This document shows, piece after piece, positions 11,226 to 23,569 of a DNA stretch of 64,000 bases. Below the pieces are notes generated by a model. The model made no database searches. It was not told the DNA's origin and saw nothing but the letters and a program-made list of their open reading frames with translations. The stretch's first letter is position 1. The number at the start of each line of letters is the position of its first letter. Both the position numbers and the translations under genes were made by a program. The DNA is from Squalus acanthias (Eukaryota): positions 8,122,001 through 8,186,000 of the forward strand of contig CM059452.1 of assembly GCA_030390025.1 (NCBI GenBank), read 5' to 3'.

Positions 11226-14200
11226 GAAGCATCACACTGTCGATTTAAATTCTCAAAATAACGTCCAGCCTCCCATCATATCAGAACAGGCGCTGCTTTC
11301 TGGAGCTTTACAGTCACTTCGTGAAACTGTTTTTTCTGAAAGTGAGCTCAGGATCAGGACAATCTCATTCAATCGTTATCTGATACTCAAAATGTTTAAA
11401 CGTTATCAATTCATCATAAATTGGGCAGACTTTTTTGAAAGAAGATTAAACTCAATAAATGCGCGGATGTTTCACCGGAGAAATGGATATATTTTTATAT
11501 ATCTGGCTCGAGCACTCGCACCTTATTAGTTAGATGCCGATTCAGGTTCCTTCAATACTGTTGCAAAAACACTCTCAGGTCAGATACAGGATAGATACGA
11601 TAGGGCACTGCAAAGGCAGATTTACTTTGTCATGCGCTGTAAGGTCAGGTTGAATTCAGATTAAATATCCTATTCCACCGCCCTGTCTGAAACTCCGGGT
11701 CAAGTATAGCAAGGTTTAGATTCCGAAATAAGTTCCCTCTACACTGTCCCGTCAAACATAACCAGGGTAGGTACAGCACGGGTTAGAAACTGATTAAAGC
11801 TCATTCTATAGTCTCTCTGCCGTGTTTCTGAACTGCTCCATCTGAATGTCACAAACCTGGTTCCTGATCTTATTTCCGTGGCGCTTCCTCAACCTTAAAG
11901 TCAACCGTTCAAGTTTCTCACAGATTACAAGTTTCTTAAATAATTGAGTCAAATTACACTTGCTGAAACACAAGAGAACAAACCAGCAGGTTTACAACCA
12001 GTCAGGAGGACTCCTGATTCTCACACAGTGAGCAGGCGCACAGAAACAGAACAGACACAAACGGTGCAACAATCGTGCTCTCAGCAGATAGATCTGTTCA
12101 ATCTGTCAATTTCTAATTGATCTCTTGTCAATTTCCGACCACCTCAAGTCTGCACGTTTTTTGAAATTAAAATGGTATTCATGAAAAAACTCAACATCCA
12201 ACCATTTCTCCCTCTCTGTCGACAATCTTACAAACCGTGTAAGATTTAATTTCACTGAAATAATTCACATTCAAAGCAATTTTCTGCCCGTAACACAGGA
12301 CTCAGTGACAGAGGAAGAATTTAACAAACCAGGAGACATTTACATTGAAAACCGATTACCCACTGATTTGATATAATTTCTTAATTAAATATAACCTTTA
12401 AAATCATCGAGGGAAACCACGATTAAAATCTGCGGCGACACCTTCTCGAGCTGAGCACAGCTGAGTAAGACATGTATTGTTTCTAAATTAATTTTAGACT
12501 TAAATAAAATTCTCTCCAACCCTTGAGATTTTGCAGTAACTGTAATCCTGTCCAGTATACAACGCAATTGTGGGAGGTCATTTCTGTTTAATGAATTAGC
12601 ACTTATGTTATATTGTAAGTTAATATTCATGTTAAATGATGTTACACCGTACAATTGAAAATATTCTTCGACCTTGTCTGGCCCTTCCTCCTCAGAACCA
12701 CGTGCACCTGTAACTTTTGTAATTAAATTAATCTGCTCGAATTTCAGTGTCTTATTTGTCATCTCCAGCCTTATTAATACAATTAATTAATAGTAATTTT
12801 AAACCTGTTACTGCCTGGTAACTTATGATATATTAGGGTTTTAATTAAATTGGCATGATAATTCATCAATATTAAAAAAATAAACATCATATTTATACTT
12901 AATGCAATCAGACAAATATATTATTTTTACTTAAATCAAATCCTATTTGAATAATTAATACTGATCACGAACTTCTAATACTGTCCTGCTCTCTACCTAC
13001 ACCTTTGTAAACTCTTCACGTTTCTGAACTCTATGATATAACATAAACTCCGTCTATTCTCAGAGTGGATTTCACATTTCACTAACTACCGATGGGCTGT
13101 AACACCGCCTGTTTACTGAAGCTGGGCTCCCGAGTTGAAATATTTTTCTCAATCTTAACTATAAAAAAATATTTTTATGAATTAAAAACCACCCGGGTAG
13201 TTTTCAGTCAGTAACAGAGCCTCCGCTATTTAATAACACGGACAATATTTTATGTTTTACTCCCGTAATTCACACAATGCCCGTAAATTAATAATTAAAT
13301 ATATTTCGCTATTTATTGAAAATAATCTTCAGTATGATCAGTGTAAAACTGGCGGAGAACAATTCATTCAGACCATCTGCGACACTGAAACTTAATGAGC
13401 AAATGGAGGAGAGATTGTGTGAATCAATTTACTATTGATAAGAATTAACATAACTCTGCCTATCGTTCTATCCCGTATACAGCAGAGCTATGGGAGATAG
13501 GATGCTTTTTTAAATTCAAAATAATATGAACCTTTTGTGATTAAATTAATCTGCTTGAATTTCAATGGGTTATTTGTCTGTCTCTAGCCTTACGCAGTCT
13601 GAACCTTCCTTGAATTAAAATAGAATCACATGATCAATTCTTTGACTGCGTCTGTCTCTCAACTTTTGATCTTGCTGATTAGTTTAGTGATAATTGTTTC
13701 GCCATCAAACAACCAATAATATTGAAAGAGTAACAAGGTTTCGACTGCACAGTATGAATTAAATAACTCGGCAGATATGTTAAATTGAAAAACTGCAATT
13801 TACAACACGGATTTATGTTGTATTTAAATACAACCCTACATTCATCTGTGTAAAACAGGAGGCAGCCAGTAATTGAGCGCCCCTAATCAAACTGAACACA
13901 GCGGTGGAATTAGTATGTTGTTATTGAAATAATTGCAGGCATAATGAAAAACTGTCTCCAGCCTCTAAAATGTTCCGCTCACGTTAATTGTGCCCAGTGT
14001 AGAGCAGAATTGTGGAAAGCGAATAATGTTTAATAAATTAATATTAATGCTACAGCACATTTTAGTAACATTGGGCGATATTATCGCATTACAATCGTTG
14101 ATTAATATAAATTTAATTTAACTACAACCTGAACACTTGTTAATTATGTAGTTTGTAATTACAGTAACATTTCACGCATTAAATATGAGCACCGTAAACC

Positions 14201-15322
14201 ATAGATTAATAGTTGAATGCATAATTATCACTTAAATAAGATGTGTTAAAATACGTTTCAATGATTTTTGATTTCTAAAACCTTCCTGTTTTCTGCCTAC
14301 AATCTTCTTTCAAACAGTTTTAAACACATATAATATTTGCAATAGATCAGAAATCTGCTGCCGCTCGATGTGACCGAGATTAAACATTCTAGAAACGCCA
14401 AAGAGTTTCACAAATTCTAGTTATTCAGAGTAACACAGACACATACTCTCCTCAGCAGATAAGCAGAAAATCACATCACTGAGGGGCTGAATCCCTCGAC
14501 ATGGAGCAGCAGCTTAATTCTATAAACCCTTTCCGCAGAATCAAATATAACATTGCGAAAAAATCTCAATACAGAATCCAGCGAACAAGCCTATCACTGA
14601 AATAACTAATTATTGAAATAAACAGAAATCTAAATAATGACAGCAGAATTGTGAGCAGACGGATCATGTTTAATATTGATTTTATAGCATATTTTAATAA
14701 TATTGGGTGAGATTATTAAATTATAATAATTTAATTTATATTAATTTAAATCTGTTCTGGATGCAAATTTGTTAATTATGTAGTTATTAATTACAGTAAT
14801 ATTTCACTTATTGAATATGACCGTAGGTGAACATTAGATTAATAAATGACAATCTCATTATCACAAATAAAAATACATTAAAATATTTTAAGATTATTTT
14901 TGACTGCTAAAGCTTTCTATTTTCTGCCTACAATCTTATTTCAACCACTTTTAGTCACATAATGTTCACATTTGAGCAGAAAACCTGCAACCATTAGATG
15001 TCACCGAGATTAAATATTGCAGAAACGCCAAACAGTTCAACAGCTGTTAGGTATTTAAAGTAACTCAGGCACACAGTCTCATCAGCAGATAAACACCAAA
15101 TCACATCAATCAGGGGCTCAATCCCTCAACAATATATTTTTCTGAAGGAACTGTTAAATTCTATTATCCCTTTGCAGCAGAATCAAATGAAACAAAGCAA
15201 AAAATCTAAATACAGAATCCACCGAACCCAAGTTTCAGTGAATGAATGAAATATTGAAATAAACAGAAATATAAACTGAAGACACAAATATAACCGTTAC
15301 TGAAAGAGTGAATGTTTCTTAC

Positions 15323-15370
15323 CTGCAGTCACCGTCACCATGGTGCCTTGTCCCCAGTAATCGAGGTAGT
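15323..15370 (-). CDS. IGHJ: IgH joining segment JH (YLDYWGQGTMVTVTA)
   Basis: WGxG motif, |gtaag donor, preceded by RSS. Confidence 0.95.
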
Positions 15371-15409
15371 CACAGTGTTACATTCCCTGGGTTGGGTCAC
15401 ACAATAACC
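15371..15409 (-). other. JH recombination signal, 23-bp spacer
   Basis: Plus-strand CACAGTG (15371-15377), 23 bp, ACAATAACC (15401-15409). Confidence 0.95.
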
Positions 15410-15732
15410 GGCTCTGTGTAAAACAACAGAAATCCAACATTAGTTTAAATATTCACATCCCAGAGACAAATAAAGTCACGATGGATCTTCATAAAATGAT
15501 ACATGTGTTAATGGATACTTTTCACTCTTTATAAATAACCTGATGTTTTATATTTCACAGAGTAACCCATGAACAGTTAATCAAATCATCAACTGATCAA
15601 TGATTAATTATCACAGTTTATCCATATTAAGCTGTGCTAGTAGACAGTGCTGGACACAAATAGGACTTCACTGCATCTACAGTTGGATTGTGAAAACGAG
15701 CACTGACCCAGACTCACTCAATTGGTGCTGAG

Positions 15733-15760
15733 GGTTTTTGTATTGACAGTAACTGCTGTG
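15733..15760 (-). other. 12-bp-spacer RSS 3' of the joined V-D
   Basis: CACAGCA + GTTACTGTCAAT (12 bp) + ACAAAAACC. Confidence 0.95.
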
Positions 15761-16239
15761 CTCTCCTGCTGTTTTTTGCACAGTAATACATGGCGGTGTC
15801 TTCGGTTCTCAGATTATTGATCTCGATATAGGTTGTGGAAGTTGTTCTTGAAGGAATGATCCGGCCTTCGACTCCAGGCGCATAATAATTGGTATCCGAC
15901 GGCTTTCTGTAAGCAAGCAGCCACTCCAGCCCCTTTCCGGGAATTTGTTTAATCCAGTACATGTGGTGGCTGTCCAGACTGAACCCGCTCACTGAACAGG
16001 ACAGTTTGTGAGATTCTCCGGGCTTCTTCGACACAGAAGCCGACTGAGTCAGCACGATATCGGACCGGACATCTGTCAGTGAATGAAAAAAATGCAATTA
16101 CATTGTGGAACATTCACATCAATGAATAGAAATAAAAGCACAATATCTGAAGCTGTCTTCTATCGTGTCACTAAAGCCGTGAGGAATACTCACAGGCGAA
16201 GCAAGCCAGTAACAAACAGAGGCACGGGGCAAGTCCCAT
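15761..16239 (-). CDS. IGHV: IgH variable gene, IgW-like, germline-joined to a D-like tail (leader 16194-16239; V(D) exon 15761-16072)
   Basis: Leader MGLAPCLCLLLACFA|YVRS, 121-bp GT-AG intron, DIVLTQSASVSKKPGESHKLSC..WIKQIPGKGLEWL..EDTAMYYCAK-NSRR; open frame; TTTAAATA TATA-like element ~90 bp upstream. Confidence 0.9.
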
Positions 16240-16644
16240 CGTTCGGTCTCTCGGTGTAACTGACTCGGGAACGTGTCTCGGCGCCGCAACAACGCCTCCT
16301 GATTGTGAACTTGGAGCTGAACCGCCCCACTATTTAAACTGGCTGGAGCCCTGTGTGTGTGTGAGAGAGAGAGGGGAGCTGCGGACTGGGAGTTACACGC
16401 CTCCCCCAGCAGCAGCCTGACTCCTCCTCTGTTTCCTGTCTGAGTCCATCTGTGTAAAATATAATTAACCATTAATAATCCGTGTTCTGTGTCCATTCCC
16501 AAAAAATACGTTGACTTTGATTGCCGATTTACTGTTGGGGATTATATACGGTCGAACCAAAACATATTTAGTTTAAAATTGAATCAGTGTGAGGATTTAC
16601 ATTCCCCACAAACAGCCCACATTTACTCAGTGTCCAATTCCTCT

Positions 16645-16920
16645 CAGGTGGACGTAAAAGATCCCATGGCATTATTTCGAAGAGCGGGGGAATTCTCCCC
16701 GGTGTATTGGCCAATGTTTATCCCTCAACCAACATCACTAAAACAGATGATTTGGTCATTTATCACATTGATCATAGTGGGATCGTGCTATGCACAAATT
16801 GCCTGCCGCGTTTCCCTAGATTAAAACATTGATTACTCTTCAAAAAGTACATCATTGGCTGTGAAGCGCTTTGGGACATCCTGATGTCGAGACAGGCGCT
16901 GTATAAATGCATGTTTTTCT
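16645..16920 (+). mobile_element. SINE fragment (same family as 1555-1985)
   Basis: CTCTCAGGTGGACGTAAAAGATCCCATGGCA body and GAAGCGCTTTGGGACATCC tail. Confidence 0.7.
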
Positions 16921-18289
16921 TTTCCGATCGGCAACTGCTTGTGGGATGGAAGGGAAATGGACACAAGAGTTGATGATATTTGTCCCGGTTTTACAGGAGG
17001 GAAAGCGAAGTTTGGGAATAACGTCACACATTGTCAGATAGCATCCATCGCGCCTGCGCAGCACTGCACTTAATACAATCATCACTGACTCAGTCGGGCT
17101 TTGGATCTCAATTCACCTGTGTGAAGACTATCACTTTATTTCACTCTGAACAATTCTAAGTTGTAAAAGTTAAGATCTACACCGATCTATGTGGGTGTGA
17201 GGAGACCGCACGGTCCGCCCCAAGCTGTCTGGGTGAGAATTCAATCACGCTGCCTGCCTTTCTAATCGCAGTTACATTACTGTCCCACCGACCATGGAAA
17301 TATCCTCAACACTGCAGATTAAACAGTATCGACCAGTGTGAACCGATTAAAGGAGCAATTACAGTCGTAGATTTGGGATATTACTAGTTTGAGGTAACAT
17401 TTTTAATTTGCACCAGGAAAGGGAACTCATTAAGTTAAATGCTTTAATTGAGTGTTACCATCGTGCAGTTTGATTCAGTGCTGCCCTTAACCCAGCTGCT
17501 CTGATGCCAAGTGCACGTCTCTCACAGCTGGACCGGAGCGTGTTTCATTTTAAAATATAAAGACTGTCAATGACAATTAGACCAAAACCTCAGTGAGTAA
17601 CTACAGTTCCCGGTCAGAGGCTCCATCACTGGGACAATAAATCGGCAGACTGCAGGTTATGGGGTCAAGGAGAAAATTACCAATGGAACCAAGAACTGTT
17701 ATATCGGTTATTGCCTTCTTTATAACTGTGCCGCTCTATGTTTATGTGATTCCAGCACAGCTTCCATGGCCTTCTGCAGGATTGTAATAGAATATCGCAT
17801 TCAATCAGAGGAGAATTGCCTTTTATTGATGAATGTCTCAAACTCTTTGCATTTCTCCAATCGTATTTTATTCAGTTATGCACATGTCACACACGAAACG
17901 TCATATTTTTTAAGGTCATGCCATAAGAAATATATTTTCTATGGACGTTGCCTATTGATTCAGTAGTTGAAGAGTTAAATTCCACTTCGCTCCCACCCAC
18001 ACTCACTCCATATCTCTCCCACACAGTTTATGCGAGAAACTCATCATTTCCCCGTCAGGGAGGGGCGAGAACTCACAATGTAACTTACAGGAAACATCTG
18101 TTGGTTCTGTGCAAAAAAATCAACGAGCAGTTTCCAGCCCGCTGATCAGAGATAGCAAGCCAACTACAGCCCTCCTCTTACGAATGGAACCTATTTGTAC
18201 ACAAATCTGCCCAGCAACAATATACTCATACTGGTAAAACACAACCCCATTGGTTATATTGAGGTTCATTTCAAATGATTTGATAAAAT

Positions 18290-19040
18290 TGGGAATGATT
18301 CTCAGAGACTGGGACCTATCTGACACACCAGAGTGAAAAACCCATGGAAAGATCCTCAGAGCCTGGGACCTATCTGACACACGGAAAACACATACGCTGG
18401 GAATGGTTCCCAGAGCCTGGGACCTATCTGACACACGAGAGAGCACAAACCTTGGGAATGATTCTCAGATCCTGGGACTTATCTGACACACCAGAGTTTA
18501 CAAACCCTGGGAATGATTTCCAGATCCTGGGATCTATCTGACACACCAGAATGCACAAATCCTGGGAATGATTTCCAGCGTCTGGGACCTATCCGACACA
18601 CCAGAGAGCACAAACACTGGGAATGATTCTCAGAGCCAGGGACCTATCCGACACAGCAGAATGCACAAACACTGGGAATTATTCTCAGAGCCAGGGACCT
18701 ATCCGACACAGCAGAATGCACAAACACTGGGAATGATTTCCAGCGTCTGGGACCTATCCGACACACCAGAGTGTACAATCCCTGGGAATGATCCCGAGTC
18801 TGGGACCTATCTGACACACCAGAGTGTACAATCCCTGGGAATGATTCTCAGAGCCAGGGACCTATCTGATACACCAGAGAGCACAGACCCTGGGAATGAT
18901 TCCCCGAGCCTGGGGCCGATCTGACACACCAGCGGATACAAACCCTGGGAATTATTCTCTGAAACAGGAGAATATCTGACACACCAGAGAGCACAAACCC
19001 TGGAAAATATGCCGAGAGCTTTGGACCTATCTGGCACACA
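18290..19040. repeat. ~55-bp tandem repeat
   Basis: Unit CTGGGAATGATTCTCAGAGCC(T/A)GGGACCTATC(T/C)GACACACCAGA.TGCACAAAC(A/C), about 13 copies. Confidence 0.9.
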
Positions 19041-19126
19041 GACTTTTCATCTGTTCTGTTCGAATACACTCGGCCCTCTCTCAGTTATCACTGTACTAAA
19101 CCATTGTCTTTGTTTCTTTTATATTA

Positions 19127-19920
19127 TGATGCGGAGATGCCGGTGTTGGACTGGGGTGGACAAAATTGAGAGGTCGCACAACACCAGGTTATAGTCCAAC
19201 AGTTTTATTTGAAATCACAAGCTTTCGGAGCTATCGATTGCTCCTTCCTCAGGTGAAGTGAATTAGATGCAGAATCGCCAAAGCATATATAGATAGAGAA
19301 CAAAGCATGTGTACCTTACAATTGCAGACCACTAAATTAAATCAACTTGACTATCTGCCGAGGTGTGATAAAGTTAATTAAGTCAGCCAGGAAGGTACCA
19401 CATCAAAGACATAGCAAGATACAACTGAGACAATGAGGTGTAGTCGCAGGGGTTCTAACGTGTCAAAAGCTGCCATCTGTATGTAAAACGAAAAGCTTTA
19501 AAATTTTTACTTTTTTACTGGGAAAATTTTTACTTTTTTACTGGGAATCACATCTGTGAACAAGCCAACGACGACTCGAGTCCGGATCACGTCATGTATC
19601 GTGACATAAACCCAAGATCCCGGTTGAGACCGTCTTCATGAGTGCGGAACTTGGCTATCAGTTTCTGCTCGATGATTTTGCGTTGTCGTGTGTTTCTAAG
19701 GTTGCCTTGGAGAACGCTTACCCGCAGATCCGAGGCTGAATGTCCTTGACTGCTGAAGTGTTCCCCGACTGGGAGGTAACAATCCTGCCTGGCGATTGTT
19801 GCGCGGTGCTCGTTCATACGTTGTCTCAGTGTCTGCATGGTCTCGCCGATGTACCATGCCGCGGTGCATTCTTTCCTGCAACGTATGAGGTAGACAACGT
19901 TGGCCGAGTCACATGAGTAT
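19127..19920 (-). mobile_element. Penelope-like element 3' fragment (GIY-YIG end + pLTR)
   Basis: MQTLRQRMNEHR..PVGEHFS..EQKLIAKFRTHEDGLN; same family as 51893-54489. Confidence 0.85.
19215..19256 (-). ncRNA. Minimal type I hammerhead ribozyme in Penelope pLTR
   Basis: TCAC-CTGAGGA-AGGAGC(loop)GCTCC-GAAAGCTT-GTGA: CUGANGA/GAAA core, stems I and II pair. Confidence 0.6.
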
Positions 19921-20430
19921 GTCTTTTATATTAGACAGAGTCTCAGCTTATTACACTCGGCCCTGTCTCAGTTATTACGGCAAAAAGCAATTTCGCCCTT
20001 TATATTACTCTACACGATATCTCTGTTGTTATTACATTAGACCCTGTCTCAGTTATACTGCAGTCGAACACGTCGCTGATTATATTACACTAGACCCTGA
20101 ATGTGTTTATATTACACAAGACCCTGTCTCATTTATTACTGCACTAGACCCTGCCTCTGTTCTAATAACACTAGACTAGGCTCTTTCTCATTTATTACAT
20201 ACATAGACCCTGCCTCTGTTTATATTACACTAGACCCTGTCTCAGATATTACTGCACTAGACCGTGCCTCTGTTTATATTACACTAGACCCTGTCTCAGT
20301 TATTACTGCACTAGACGATGTCCCTGTTTATACTACACATGTCCCTATCTTACTTATTACTATAGTAGACCATGCATCTGTTTATATTACACTAGACCCT
20401 GTCTCATTTATTACTGCACTAGATCTTGTC
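19921..20430 (+). repeat. 27-bp satellite (degenerate)
   Basis: Unit CACTAGACCCTGTCTCTGTTTATATTA. Confidence 0.85.
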
Positions 20431-20681
20431 TGGTGTAATATAAACATATGTAATAGTGGAAAGTAGATCTCGGACTTGCAGTTGTACATTTAAAATGCTT
20501 TTGAAATGTGAGCAGTTTCCGTGCGCTCTTCATTGCAGCAAGTTTCAACCCGGCGTAAGAGTGACACACATGCAGAGCTGCCCACAAGACACTCAAATGC
20601 ATCGGTTCCTCCTCCTCCACCATTAGAGGAGATGTGTGGGTTTTGCAGTTGCGTTTCCCTTCTTCATTGCCAGCTTCTTCC

Positions 20682-22575
20682 AAAAAATTGATTAAAAGGG
20701 AGAAAATAGAATATGAGAGTAAACTAGCAACAAATATAAAAACAGATTGTAAGAGCTTCTACAAGTATGCAAAAAGGAAGAGAGAAGCAAAAGTAAGCGT
20801 TGGTCCCTTAGAGGCTGAGACAGGTGATATTATAATGGGGATAAGGAAATAGCACAGACTTCAAACAAATAGTTTGTATCTGTCTTCACAGTAGAAGACA
20901 CAAAAAGCATGCCAAAATAATGGGGGATCAAGGGACTAATAAGAGTGAGGAACTTAATGTAATTAATATCAGTAGATAAAAAGTACTTGAGAAACTAATA
21001 GGACTAAAAACAGAAAAATACCCTGGACCTGATGGCCTACATCCGAGGGTCCTAAAAGAGGTGGATGGATTGGTTGTGATTTTCCAAATTTCCTGGATTC
21101 TAAAAGGTTCCCAGCAGATTGCAAAGTAGCAAATGTGACCCTGATATTCAAGAAAGGAGGGAGAAAGAAAACAGGGAGCTACAGGCCAGTTCGCCTGACA
21201 CCAACCGTCGGGAAACCTTTGGAATCCATTATAAAGGAAGTGGTAACAGGGCACTTATACAATCTTAATATGATTAGGCAGAGTCAACATGGTTTTCTGA
21301 AAGCGAAATAATGTTTAACAAATGTATTAGAGTTTTTGAGGAAGCAACTAACAGGGTAGATAAAGGGGAACCAGTGGATGTAGTATATTCGGATTTCCAA
21401 AAGGCATTCGATAAGCTGCCACATAAACGGTTGCTTCGCAACGTAAAGGCTCATAAGGTTGGGGTTAATGTATTACCATGGATAGAGGATTGGTTAACGG
21501 ACAGAAAACAGAGAGTAGGGATAAACATGTCATTTTCGGATTGGCAGGCTGTAACAAATGGGTACGGCAAGGATCAGTGCTGGGGTCTCAGCTAATTACA
21601 ATCTAGTTTAATGGCTTAGCTGAAGGGACCGAGTGCAATGTATCAAGTTTTCTGATGATACAAAGCTAGGTCGGAAAGTAAGCTGTGAGGAGGACACAAA
21701 TTGCCTGCAAAGGGATATAGACAGAACAAATGAGTGGGCAATGAGATGGCAGATGGAGTATAATGTGGGGAAATGTGAGGTTATTCACTTTGGTAGGAAG
21801 AATAGAAAAGCTGAATATTTTGAAATGGTGAGCAACTACTAAATGTTGGGGATCAGAGAGATTTAGGTGTCCTCCTACAGGAAACACAAAAAGTTAGCAT
21901 GCAGGTACAGCAAGCAATTAGGAAGGCAAATGAAGTGTTGGCCGTTATTTCAAGATGGTTGGAATACAAGAGTAAGGAAGTCTTACTACAATTTTACACG
22001 GTTTTTGTGAGAACACACCTGGAGTACTGTGCACAGTTTTGGTCTCCTTATCTGAGGAAGGACATACTTGCCTTGCAGGCTGTGCAACGAATGTTTACTT
22101 GATTGATCCCTGGGATTTAGAGGGCTGTCCTATGATGAGAGATTGGGTAGAATGGGCCGATACTCTCTGGAGTTTAGAAGAATGAGAGGTGATCTCGTTG
22201 AAACATATGAGATTCTGAAGGGGATTGACAGGGTAGATGCTGAGAGGTTGTTTCCCCTGGCTGGAGTGTCTAGAACTAGGGCATAGTCTCAGGATAAGGG
22301 GTCGGCCATTTAAGACTGAGATGAGGAGGAATTTCTTCACTCAGAGGGTTGTGAATCATTGGAATTCTCTGCCCCAGAGGGCTGTAAACGCTGAGTCCTT
22401 AATATATTCAAGATTGAGGGAGATAGATTTTTGGACTCTAGGGGATTCAAGGGATATGGGGCTCGGTCGGGAAAGTGGCATTGAGGTCGAACATCAGCCA
22501 TGATCTTATTAAATGGCGGAGAAGGCTCTAGTGGCCGGATGGTCTACTCCTGATCCTAATTCTTACGTTCTTATA
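20682..22575 (+). mobile_element. CR1 LINE ORF2/3' fragment (degenerate)
   Basis: KIEYESKLATNIKTDCKSFY, DVVYSDFQKAFDK, KFSDDTKL, TTCTTA(C/T)G tail. Confidence 0.9.
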
Positions 22576-22809
22576 TAACTTCATAACTTCCCATGAAAAC
22601 CTCCTCAGAATATATAGCAGTAATTGTGTTCCTTCCTCCCTTAATTCCTCCTGATCTCTTGGCCCTCTTGTGGTTTGATCTGAGAAACTCCTCTGGGTGA
22701 ACGTCACTGGGTCAGTGCAAGTTGCTGTCTGTGGAATTGTGAATCATGTTTAAAAGAAAACTCTGGCGCCTGCAGTAGATGTTTATCATCAGCAGTGCAT
22801 ATCCAAGTA

Positions 22810-23535
22810 CTATTGCGCCCATCGTGTCTGTGCCGGCCGAAAAAGAGCTCTCCAGCCTAATCCCCCTTTCCAGCTCTTGGTCCGTAGCGCTGTAGGTTAC
22901 AGCACTTCAAGTGCATATCCAAGTACTTTTTAAATGTCCTGAGGGTTTCTGCCTCTACCACCCTTTCAGGCAGTGAGTTCAAAACCCCTACCACCCTCTG
23001 GGTGAAAATAATTCTCCTCAACTCCCCTCTAATCCCTCTACCAATTACTTTAAATCTATGCCCTCTAGTTATTGACGTCTCTGCTAAGGGAAATAGGTCC
23101 TTCCTCATCGCGGCCTCTCATAATTTTATACACCTCAATTAAATCTGCCCACAGCCTCATCTGTTCCAAAGAAAACAACCCCAGCCTATCCAATCTTTCC
23201 TCAGATCTAAAATTCTCCAGTCCTGGCAACATCCTCGTAAATCTCCTCCGTACAATCTCTGGTGCAATCATATCTTTCCTGTAATGTGGTGACAAGAACT
23301 GTACGCAGTACTCTAGCTGTGACCTAAATAGTGTTTAATACAGTTCTAGCAAAACCACCCTGGTCATATATTCCATGCCTCGGCTACTAAAGGAAAGTAT
23401 CCTGTTTGCCTTCTTAACCACCTGTCCTGCTACCTTCAGGGATCTGTGGACATGCACTCCAAGGTCCCTCTGTTCCTCTACACTTCTCAGTATCTTACCA
23501 TTTATTATGCAATCCCTCGCCTTTTTTGCCCTCTC
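22810..23535 (-). mobile_element. CR1 LINE 3' fragment
   Basis: RRFTRMLPGLE..ERLDRLGLFSLEQ..TRGHRFKV..FTQRVVG. Confidence 0.85.
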
Positions 23536-23569
23536 ATTAGATTTAATAATGAGAAAAGAGAATGAGAAA

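Noticed and set aside
12024-12062. Cryptic RSS in the J-C intron (CACAGTG..ACAGAAACA)
   Set aside because: Spacer is 9 bp, incompatible with 12/23
15323-16239. NAR-TCR-like two-V receptor by splicing the Ig VDJ onto a TCR V in this window
   Set aside because: The cluster is transcribed away from all TCR Vs here and the V is a conventional VH, not VNAR
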